A stretch of 41,634 bases of DNA, taken from positions 1 through 41,634 of the forward strand of contig CAZEAM010000373.1 of NCBI GenBank assembly GCA_964510285.1, in the 5' to 3' direction. Position numbers and translations under genes: made by a program. This DNA is from an uncultured Frankiaceae bacterium. Lineage in GTDB: Bacteria > Actinomycetota > Actinomycetes > JAFAQI01. This document shows, one piece after another, positions 25,844-32,693 of this stretch; position 1 is the stretch's first letter, and every line of letters begins with the position of its first letter. Under the pieces are notes generated by a model. That model was not told where the DNA came from, searched no databases, and worked only from the letters and a program-made list of their open reading frames with translations.

Positions 25844-26467
25844 GTGCCAGTTGAACGCCTCACCCCGGAACGGCGCCGTCAACTGACCCGGGATGCGCTA
25901 ATCGAGGCTGCCACCGAGGTCTTCACCCGCAAGGGCTTCCAGGCAGCATCCCTGGAGGAGATCGCTGATGCGGCCGGATTCACGAAAGGAGCGATCTACT
26001 CCAACTTCGGAAGCAAGGAAGAGCTCCTGCATGCCGTAATCGGGCACATCGAAGACCGAGGGCTCGCCGGAATCGCCGACGCCCTCGATACCGAAGGTCA
26101 GAACGATCCGGAGCACGGCGCCCTCGCCGCCGCCCGACCTTGGGAGAAGCTGCTCGGCCGGTCCAACGACCTACTCGCGTTGTCCCTCGAGTTACGGCTC
26201 TATGCGATCCGCAATCCCCACGCGCGTAAGCGCATCGCGAAACTTGAGCGAGAGGTCAGCGATCACCTCGCGACGTTCATCGAAGACGCGTTCGTCCGCC
26301 AGCAGCGAACGCTGCACATTTCTGCAGTCGATCTCGCCGATCTCGGTCGGGCGGGCGTCGACGGGCTCGAGCAACTCGCCGCCATCGACCCATCCCGCGC
26401 CGCGCACTACCACCGACTCGTCGAGATGCTGTTCGTACTGCTGGCGAAGGCTGCCAGCGAAGCGTGA
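25844..26467 (+). CDS. TetR/AcrR-family transcriptional regulator
   Basis: I prefer the GTG at 25844 (VPVERLTPERRRQLTRDALIEAATEVFTRKGFQAASLEEIADAAGFTKGAIYSNF, a TetR HTH). The track ORF begins at 25775. Confidence 0.9.
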   Translation: MPVERLTPERRRQLTRDALIEAATEVFTRKGFQAASLEEIADAAGFTKGAIYSNFGSKEELLHAVIGHIEDRGLAGIADALDTEGQNDPEHGALAAARPWEKLLGRSNDLLALSLELRLYAIRNPHARKRIAKLEREVSDHLATFIEDAFVRQQRTLHISAVDLADLGRAGVDGLEQLAAIDPSRAAHYHRLVEMLFVLLAKAASEA

Positions 26468-26559
26468 GGCCGGCAGCCGACTCGTCGCAGACGGCAATCC
26501 GTTTGCAGCGCGGCAGGGCATGGTTCGCAGGCCTGCGCGCCGACTGACCCGCGCTCGTG

Positions 26560-26907
26560 TCACGGCAGCGAGCGAATGAGCTCGATGAGCTCTTCTCGCT
26601 GATAGCCGTGATTGTGGGCGAAGCGAAGGAGGTCGCGGGCTCGCGCTTGTACGGCGGATCGCTGTGGCGAGCCGACGACTGAGACACCACGGCCGCGGCG
26701 GAACTCCAACAGTCCCTCGTCCCGCAATGTCCGTAGGGCACGCAGCACGGTGTTGGTGTTGACGCCGAGAACAGCCGCGAGGTCGCGGGCAGGTGGAAGC
26801 CGCTCGCCCGAGCGGGCCTCGCCGTCGGCGATGGCACGGCGGATCTGGGCGCACACCTGGTCGTGCAGCGGGAGAGGGTCGCGACGGTCGACCTTGACGT
26901 GCAGCAT
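26560..26907 (-). CDS. Short GntR-family (YtrA-like) transcriptional regulator
   Basis: ATG at 26907. 115 aa: PLHDQVCAQIRRAIADGEARSGERLPPARDLAAVLGVNTNTVLRALRTLRDEGLLEFRRGRGVSV (wHTH) plus a short C-terminal helix pair. Confidence 0.85.
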   Translation of the reverse strand: MLHVKVDRRDPLPLHDQVCAQIRRAIADGEARSGERLPPARDLAAVLGVNTNTVLRALRTLRDEGLLEFRRGRGVSVVGSPQRSAVQARARDLLRFAHNHGYQREELIELIRSLP

Positions 26908-26908
26908 G

Positions 26909-26927
26909 GTGCTAGTCAAAGTAGCAC
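26909..26927. promoter_or_regulatory. Dyad GTGCTA-N7-TAGCAC filling the 21-nt gap between divergent start codons; candidate GntR operator
   Basis: Read directly from the sequence: CAT g GTGCTAgtcaaagTAGCAC t ATG. Confidence 0.45.
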
Positions 26928-26928
26928 T

Positions 26929-28392
26929 ATGTCCCCGACCTCTCCGTCGCTCGCGGACCTGCAGCGCGCGCCCGCCGACGCCGAGGTCTTGATCGAGGAG
27001 GCGCGGCAGCGGCAGCGCCGACGACGACGCATCGGACTGGCGGCAGCCATCGTCGTTGTCCTTGGCGCTGGCAGCTATTTGGCCGCCGACTCCGGGTCCA
27101 GCTCCGCCAGCAACTCCCCTCATCGGACGGGCGTCACATCGCCGAAGCCGCCCGGCGGGCCGGCGGTCAACATCACCGCGTTTCATGGGCACGGCTTTCT
27201 GGCGTTCATCTCCCGCAACGCGCTGTGGCTACTTGACGGCACCAGCGATTCGCTGCGCCGATTGCCCACCGGCGGTGGCCAACCGCAACGGCCGGCGTTC
27301 TCCGCTGACGGCAAGTGGCTGAGCTACGCGTCCACCTCGGGACACCACGGCGGGCAGTACCGGGAATGGCTGGTGCGCGCGGACGGCCGCGGCGTGAGGT
27401 CATTCCGCCTGCGTGGTGATACGACGATCATCGGCTGGAGCCCGCACGGCCACCGGCTCGCCGAAGCCCGCGCCGACCGGCGGACGCGAAGCACCTTGAA
27501 AGTTGTGAACCCCGCCGGTGGGAGCCGCACGCTCGGTACCGTGCGCGGCCTCTGGGACGCGGCTTGGTCCCCCGACGGCCAGCAGATCGCCGTCACCACG
27601 AGCGGCGCGGTCACCGGCACCACCCGACTCCTCACCTACCCCGCCATGGGTGGGACACCGACCACCTGGCTAACACGCGCCTTCCGCCACGCGCCACTCA
27701 ACGGCATGCAACAGCCACTGCTCGACATCGCCGGGTGGTGGCCCGACCACGGCATCGGCGTCTGGGTGATCGGAAACGGCGCGGTGTCCACCAACGATCA
27801 GGCGCCGCTCGACCTCATCGCCCGGCCCAACGCGGCGCCGCGCCTGCTCGGCAGCACACTTCTCGGCCGTGACAGCACTACGGTGACCAGCTCGCGCACC
27901 GGCTGGCTCGCCCTGGTCGACAACACGCCGCGCGCGTTCGGGCGGCTGATCTGGCAGGGCAAGCACGTGCTGGTCTGCGCCCCCACCTCGGACACGTGCA
28001 CGCGACCGCCCATATCCCCGGGCAACGTGTCCCTGGATCCCAGCTGGTCCCCTGACGGACACACCCTCGCCTTCATCGCCGCACCCGGCCGCCGATCAGC
28101 CGGCTTCCCGCAGCCCGTCGTCAAGCGGTGGTACGCCGCACACCGGCTCGAGCTGTACGACGCGGTCAGCGGCCAGCTTCGCAGTGTGCCCGCCGCCGAT
28201 GGAGTCAGCGCGCCGCAGTGGTCCACGAATGGCGACAGCCTGATCTACGCAGCCGATGACGGCATCTGGCTTCTCCCCACGCTCACCGCGAAGCCCGTTC
28301 GCGTCGCCACTCCACTGTTCCCCAGCAACGCCTGGCCGACCTACTACGGGCAAGTCAGATGGTCCAGCCAGTTCGCATGGAGTCCGAGCTAG
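26929..28392 (+). CDS. Membrane-anchored TolB-like (PD40/WD40-like) beta-propeller protein
   Basis: ATG at 26929. After RRRRRIGLAAAIVVVLGAGSYLAA (TM) come repeated motifs: FSADGKWLSY, WSPHGHRLA, WSPDGQQIAV, WSPDGHTLAF, WSTNGDSLIY. Confidence 0.85.
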   Translation: MSPTSPSLADLQRAPADAEVLIEEARQRQRRRRRIGLAAAIVVVLGAGSYLAADSGSSSASNSPHRTGVTSPKPPGGPAVNITAFHGHGFLAFISRNALWLLDGTSDSLRRLPTGGGQPQRPAFSADGKWLSYASTSGHHGGQYREWLVRADGRGVRSFRLRGDTTIIGWSPHGHRLAEARADRRTRSTLKVVNPAGGSRTLGTVRGLWDAAWSPDGQQIAVTTSGAVTGTTRLLTYPAMGGTPTTWLTRAFRHAPLNGMQQPLLDIAGWWPDHGIGVWVIGNGAVSTNDQAPLDLIARPNAAPRLLGSTLLGRDSTTVTSSRTGWLALVDNTPRAFGRLIWQGKHVLVCAPTSDTCTRPPISPGNVSLDPSWSPDGHTLAFIAAPGRRSAGFPQPVVKRWYAAHRLELYDAVSGQLRSVPAADGVSAPQWSTNGDSLIYAADDGIWLLPTLTAKPVRVATPLFPSNAWPTYYGQVRWSSQFAWSPS

Positions 28393-28443
28393 CCGGCCTT
28401 ACACGGTTCCCTACCCACGCCGAGCAACAAGATCGGACACCCT

Positions 28444-28501
28444 GCGGAGGGCGTGGGATTCGAACCCACGATGCGAGTCACCCCGCATAGCGGTTTTCAA
28501 G
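28444..28501 (-). repeat. Partial (3' half) tRNA-Ser copy, the distal att repeat of the islet
   Basis: 30/30 nt are identical to 35343-35372. A 12-nt divergent block follows, then 16/16 nt identical to 35385-35400. Identity ends at the anticodon loop. The 5' continuation cannot pair as an anticodon stem and no GGAGGGC acceptor strand is present. Confidence 0.85.
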
Positions 28502-28607
28502 TTCGCTGTTCGCGCCGCTCTGACCTGGCAGGCTCAATGTCTCCGCAGGTCAGCGGCCCGCGCCGTTGTCCGCTGTCCACCGCTGGCGACCGATGCGTGC
28601 CACTGCT

Positions 28608-28627
28608 AATGGCACGCGACTGGCACG
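28608..28627 (+). repeat. Tandem TGGCACG motifs (AATGGCACGCGACTGGCACG), a candidate integrase arm-type site at the left arm
   Basis: Matches 35258-35277 (AATGGCACGCGAATGGCACG) at 19/20 positions in the same orientation. An inverted GTGCCAC lies at 28597-28603. Confidence 0.5.
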
Positions 28628-28634
28628 GACTCGG

Positions 28635-29201
28635 TCAGGCGTTTTCAGGTGCAAGCCGTCGCACGGCCTCGACGAACCCCGAGACTCCGCAACGCTCCAA
28701 CCGACTCAGTAGGCCCGCCAGATCGGATGGGGGGTGAGCCATGTCCGCAGCCTGCTGCTGCATCACCTCTAGTGCAACGCTCGGACGTAGGTCTAGCTGG
28801 TCGAGCAGGAACTCGTCTGGATGGCGCGCTTCGACGCCAGAGGGCATCAGAGCATGATCCGGAAAGTGCTTGAGGTTGAAGGTCACTATCGCCTGACCGC
28901 CACCCGCGATGGCGGCGGCGAGGACATGCCTGTCGTCTGGGTCTGGAAGATCCAAGCCGGCGGTGACGGCCTGCCACCCGCTGACGCTCGCGTCATCGAA
29001 CGCAGAATTCATTGCGTCGAGCCGACGCTGGATTCGCTCCTCGGGGATGTCCGTGTGAATGCGCATGACGGCGTAACGGACTTCGTCGAGGATCCGATCC
29101 GACCACAGTGGCCGGAAGAATCCCGCCTCGGCCATCCGCAACAGCGTGTCGCAGAGTGCGTTCGGAACGAGCACGCAGGCATCGAGGACAGCGGCGTACA
29201 T
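28635..29201 (-). CDS. PIN-domain protein (type II toxin candidate)
   Basis: 188 aa. Motifs: MYAAVLDACVLV (first acidic residue), DRILDEV, LPDPDDRHVLAAAIAGG, IVTFNLKHF. The start lies 2 nt after the upstream stop. Confidence 0.85.
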   Translation of the reverse strand: MYAAVLDACVLVPNALCDTLLRMAEAGFFRPLWSDRILDEVRYAVMRIHTDIPEERIQRRLDAMNSAFDDASVSGWQAVTAGLDLPDPDDRHVLAAAIAGGGQAIVTFNLKHFPDHALMPSGVEARHPDEFLLDQLDLRPSVALEVMQQQAADMAHPPSDLAGLLSRLERCGVSGFVEAVRRLAPENA

Positions 29202-29203
29202 CG

Positions 29204-29689
29204 CTACGCGTGCTTCGCGCGACCCTCTGCCAACGCCGCCTGGAATTCCTCTGGCGATGCGTCGTAGAGACCGAGGTCCTGGGCGTCCTGGGTCAGCTCC
29301 CGGAGCACCTGACGCTGCTCGTCCCGGCGAAGCGCCTGGAACGCCAACAGGTCGCTAAGGCGTATACGCCGATGCCGACTCGGCGTCTCGAAAGGGATCT
29401 TTCCCGCTTCAAGGAGCTTGATGAGCGTGGGCCGGCTGATGCCCAACAGGTCCGCCGCTTCCTGGGTGGTCAGCCGCTGACTGAGCGGGGCGAGAGTGAC
29501 TGCCTGCCCGCGGCGCATCGCGGTAACAACCGTCGCCAGCAGCCCCCGCAGCTCGCTGGGCAGTTGGACTGACCTCCCTGAGGCACCGGTGAGCGCGACA
29601 GGCTCGTCGTCCGCCAGAACCGCCTGGGCAGCCTCAAGTGACTCGACATCATGCGACGGGAGAACCGTCTGCTCTCGAACTGCGCTCAT
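29204..29689 (-). CDS. Excisionase-family (HTH_17/MerR-like) DNA-binding protein, antitoxin candidate
   Basis: 161 aa. The HTH reads LTTQEAADLLGISRPTLIKLLEAGKIPFETPSRHRRIRLSDLLAF. It sits immediately upstream of the PIN gene. Confidence 0.8.
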   Translation of the reverse strand: MSAVREQTVLPSHDVESLEAAQAVLADDEPVALTGASGRSVQLPSELRGLLATVVTAMRRGQAVTLAPLSQRLTTQEAADLLGISRPTLIKLLEAGKIPFETPSRHRRIRLSDLLAFQALRRDEQRQVLRELTQDAQDLGLYDASPEEFQAALAEGRAKHA

Positions 29690-29949
29690 GACTGCCTCCC
29701 CAGATAAAGTCAGTATGCCCTAAATCGAAAGAATCGCAACCCGGCTTGAGCGACATTTTGGCTGGCCCTAGGCCGGGGGCTTAGACCACCCTGCGTCGCC
29801 CCCGTTGGAGCCGGGGCCTCAACTGGTCGGCGGCAGGCCCGCACAAGTCAGCGACTCGGCGCTGTGAGGCCCAGCCGTTCGAACCTCGCAAAGTGGGCCC
29901 GGCGGACACTTCGAGGCGCGATACTTCACGGCTGGAGGTGTCGCGGCTT

Positions 29950-30408
29950 ATGCGCGTTCTGGGCGTGCAGTGCACGACAAAGCACGCCTTCCTAACGGTG
30001 GTTGAAGAAGGCAGCGTCATCCCCGCTGGACCGCAGCGCCTCGCGGCCGCGCAATCCATGGACGAGGATCACGCCCTATGGGGCACCCTCGCCACCTTTG
30101 GCGAGGCGCTGGACGAGGTGAAGCCGGACCGCATCGCGCTGCTTCTCCCGGGGACCGGCGAGAACTCCAAGGGACCGCATAGCGCATGGGCGCCGCGCAT
30201 CGAGCTCGAGACCTTGCTTCGGATGGCCGCCGCCCAGCGCGACCTCCCGGTATCCCGCCTGGCTAGAGCCACGGTGCTAGCGAGGCTTGGGCTGCCTCGT
30301 AAGGGCAAGTTCGAGGAACTCGTCAAGCCAGTGTCACAGCCAGTCGGCGACTACTGGGCCGCTGGACGCTTGCTCGCTGCAGCTGCCGCGATCGCCGAGG
30401 CGAACTGA
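29950..30408 (+). CDS. Hypothetical 152-aa protein, translationally coupled to the kinase
   Basis: ATG at 29950 lies 11 nt after GGAGG (the track ORF starts at GTG 29893). The stop TGA overlaps the kinase ATG (TGATG). The N-terminus MRVLGVQCTTKHAFLTVVEEG is loosely RNase H-fold-like. No family assigned. Confidence 0.6.
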   Translation: MRVLGVQCTTKHAFLTVVEEGSVIPAGPQRLAAAQSMDEDHALWGTLATFGEALDEVKPDRIALLLPGTGENSKGPHSAWAPRIELETLLRMAAAQRDLPVSRLARATVLARLGLPRKGKFEELVKPVSQPVGDYWAAGRLLAAAAAIAEAN

Positions 30409-31523
30409 TGCCGCTGCACGGGGAGGGGGCCCGTAAGACGTACGTCGGGCACCGTGAGATCGCGAACAGCGTATGGGTCGCTCGGCACGAGATCCTCGGC
30501 GAGAACTGCATCCAGAAGACGTACGCGCCGGCGGGCCGCGAAGACGCCATCGCCTTTGCTGAGCCGCGGCTCTTGAACGACCTAGATCACCCGCACATCA
30601 CGCCTCTGCGCGAGGCACAGTTCGATCCGCACAGGTCGGGCCACGTGACGTTGGTCATGCCCGTCTACGAGGGCGGCAGTATTCACGACGCCATCTCAGC
30701 CGACGGCCACCGATTCTCAATCGGCGAGGCGGTCACAATCCTCCAAGACATCGCGGGAGCTCTTGCCTACCTACACGTGACGAAGGGCTACGTCCACCGT
30801 GACCTCAAGCCGAAGAATGTCCTGTTGGACCTTGCTCGGCAGCGCGGCTACCTCGCAGACTTCGGCTCCGCCGCCAGGCTGGATGCCACGACATCGACCG
30901 CGCAGGCAGTGCGAACGACCGCGCTCTACCAGGCCCCGGAAGCGGCAGCAACCGGCCGCGTGGGCATGGAAGCAGACATCTATGCCCTTGGCCTGACTGC
31001 ATTCGAGATGTTGAACGGGCTGTTCCCCTACGAGGAACTGGACGCGGCGGACGTAGACCGGCGGATCAATGCCGGCCGCCGGTCACTGCCGGATCGACTG
31101 CTTGCGCCCGCAGCGTTCGCGCCGCACGTCCCAGACCAGCTGCGGCGACTCATCAGGAGCATGATCGACGCACGGCCAGCGGCGAGGCCGACAGCCATGC
31201 AGTTGCTCCGTCAACTGCGGGCGTTGAAATGCGTCGACTGGCGTCACGCAGATGGACCCGGGCTTGACGGTTCCTGGCGTGGAGGATGGCCGCCGCGGCA
31301 GCGACCGGAGCGACAGACGGAACTCCTCGTGACATCACGGCTACTTGCGGCCGGACGTGACCGGGGAAAGCGCAGGGTTGAGGCCCGCTATCGCACCGCG
31401 ACGAGCGGCGGTTGGCGCACAGTGGGGGTGGGGCCCTCGACATGCGGACGCCAGGACGCCGCCGCAGTCTCCGCGTTTTTCAGCGCCGTCGACGCCCACG
31501 TAGCCAAGCGTTGGCCGGCATAG
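30408..31523 (+). CDS. Soluble Hanks-type Ser/Thr protein kinase with an unassigned C-terminal tail of about 95 aa
   Basis: 371 aa. Motifs: CIQK (subdomain II Lys), AEPRLLNDLDHPHI (III), VHRDLKPKN (VIb), ADFGSA (VII), YQAPEA (VIII), DIYALGLTAFEML (IX), DARPAARPT (XI). The Gly-rich loop is degenerate (VGHREIANSV). No TM segment. Confidence 0.9.
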   Translation: MPLHGEGARKTYVGHREIANSVWVARHEILGENCIQKTYAPAGREDAIAFAEPRLLNDLDHPHITPLREAQFDPHRSGHVTLVMPVYEGGSIHDAISADGHRFSIGEAVTILQDIAGALAYLHVTKGYVHRDLKPKNVLLDLARQRGYLADFGSAARLDATTSTAQAVRTTALYQAPEAAATGRVGMEADIYALGLTAFEMLNGLFPYEELDAADVDRRINAGRRSLPDRLLAPAAFAPHVPDQLRRLIRSMIDARPAARPTAMQLLRQLRALKCVDWRHADGPGLDGSWRGGWPPRQRPERQTELLVTSRLLAAGRDRGKRRVEARYRTATSGGWRTVGVGPSTCGRQDAAAVSAFFSAVDAHVAKRWPA

Positions 31524-31873
31524 GTCAAGACGCCAGCTGTTTCCGGCGGCAATGCAAACAACTCGCGACGCGCCAGTGCAGCGGCAGAGGTGTCGACAAC
31601 CCATCGCGCGGTGTAACCCGCGCCTTCAATCGCCATGAAGCCGTCGAGCGCCAGGTTGCCTAGTACGGCCTCCACGCCCGGAACCGCACGGTAAGTGTCC
31701 GGATCCGGGAAGCCCTCGGCGGTCACATCGAGTGGCAGCCCTAGTCGGGCGGCTTCGGTAACCGCCATTAGGACAGCCCGGTGCACCGGCCAGCTGACGC
31801 CGACGGGTAGCGCTTCCACGGCTCCAGCTGCGATGATCGTACGGATCAGATAATCCATACGTTCTCGATACAT
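31388..31873 (-). CDS. Hypothetical 161-aa protein
   Basis: The only protein-like frame across 31524-31873, with amphipathic patterns such as VLGNLALDGFMAIEGAGYTARWVVD. GC3 is about 66% by hand count. It overlaps the kinase 3' end by 136 nt in the frame that shares wobble columns, so the overlapping part could be shadow sequence. Confidence 0.5.
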   Translation of the reverse strand: MYRERMDYLIRTIIAAGAVEALPVGVSWPVHRAVLMAVTEAARLGLPLDVTAEGFPDPDTYRAVPGVEAVLGNLALDGFMAIEGAGYTARWVVDTSAAALARRELFALPPETAGVLTYAGQRLATWASTALKNAETAAASWRPHVEGPTPTVRQPPLVAVR

Positions 31874-31905
31874 ATGTTGAACCTACTTCTCGTTTGGGCG
31901 GCGCC

Positions 31906-32235
31906 ATGCCAGACACTCCGGTCGCGGCGGATCAGCTGATTCGCGAGACGCCGCAAAAGCAGGCTGCGATCGCGTGGCCGCTACCCATCGACGAGCGACT
32001 CGACCAGTTGCTCCAACAAGCTGACGCTGCAGGGGAGAACACAACTCGCAAGGAGCTCGCCGCAGCCGTGATCGCAACAACGAGCCTCACCGATGCTCAA
32101 CTCGGCAAGATGCTGCGGCAGTACAGGACGATGCGGGTCGCGGAACTACTTGTCGCCCCTACCGGGTCCAACGTGATCTCAATCAGCCGGAAGAAGCCTG
32201 GCCGGCGGACAAGCGTCCAACGTCAGGACACCTAA
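31906..32235 (+). CDS. Hypothetical 109-aa protein
   Basis: ATG at 31906 (the track ORF starts at TTG 31894). Helical-looking sequence: IAWPLPIDERLDQLLQQADAAGENTTRKELAAAVIATTSLTDAQLGKMLRQY. No family recognised. Confidence 0.5.
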   Translation: MPDTPVAADQLIRETPQKQAAIAWPLPIDERLDQLLQQADAAGENTTRKELAAAVIATTSLTDAQLGKMLRQYRTMRVAELLVAPTGSNVISISRKKPGRRTSVQRQDT

Positions 32236-32254
32236 ACACCGCCTAGCCGTCGCC

Positions 32255-32428
32255 CTACCCTCGCACCCGGCCAGCGGCTATGAAGGCGTCGAGGTCTGAC
32301 CGGTGGATCCGGACGTACTTGCCGATCTTGTGGAAGGGGATGCGGCGTTCTTGCACGAGCCGGCGAACGAAGCGCACCGGCGTGCCCAACTCGGTGGCGG
32401 CCTGTTCTACGGAGAGGAGAGGGGACAT
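32255..32428 (-). CDS. Excisionase-family HTH protein (xis-like)
   Basis: ATG at 32428 lies 5 nt after GGAGG. Sequence: MSPLLSVEQAATELGTPVRFVRRLVQERRIPFHKIGKYVRIHRSDLDAFI. Confidence 0.8.
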   Translation of the reverse strand: MSPLLSVEQAATELGTPVRFVRRLVQERRIPFHKIGKYVRIHRSDLDAFIAAGRVRG

Positions 32429-32668
32429 CCGGACCTCCAAGGGCGTTGAGGAAGGTCCAAAGGCTCGCCGAAGTGCGCACCAGAAACGTCACCGCGCCAC
32501 GGGCGTGAGCGACGGGAACTTGTGCCCACCGTCGGGTCTCACGCCGCGGCGTCGCCAGGGCTAACTCGACGGCCCCGTCTAGTCCGCCGCGATCTCCGTC
32601 CGCCCACCTCCCACGCGCCGCGCGCTGCCGAACAACCCGCACCACCAAGCGCACACACTTGTCTCTCC

Positions 32669-32693
32669 GAGACTGACCGGGTCGGTCAGACTC
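32669..32693 (-). terminator. Hairpin spanning the stop codon of ORF 32686-33075
   Basis: GAGACTGACCG-ggt-CGGTCAGACTC: a 7-bp perfect stem that extends to 11 bp with one mismatch. No U-tract. Confidence 0.25.

Noticed and set aside
26919-26927. The 9-mer AAGTAGCAC is shared between the GntR dyad and the 19-bp inverted repeat at 35471-35479, which could suggest a common regulator.
   Set aside because: A single shared 9-mer has an expected chance occurrence of about 0.3 in a window of this size on both strands, so it is not significant.
28444-28540. Possible second intact tRNA-Ser gene. The track ORFs at 28453 and 35352 both begin MGFEPTM, which reflects the shared tRNA sequence.
   Set aside because: In the left copy the 5' strand of the anticodon stem would be GCGAA against ACCGC (two mismatches). 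No D arm or GGAGGGC acceptor strand follows, so it is a partial att repeat. Both MGFEPTM ORFs are translation artefacts through tRNA sequence.
30408-31523. The kinase as part of a known kinase-containing defence system (Pgl/BREX type 2 PglW, or the TerY-phosphatase-kinase triad), or as a HipA-type toxin.
   Set aside because: There are no PglX/PglY/PglZ, vWA/TerY or PP2C genes in the islet. The motifs are Hanks-type (HRDLKPKN/DFG/APE), not HipA-type.
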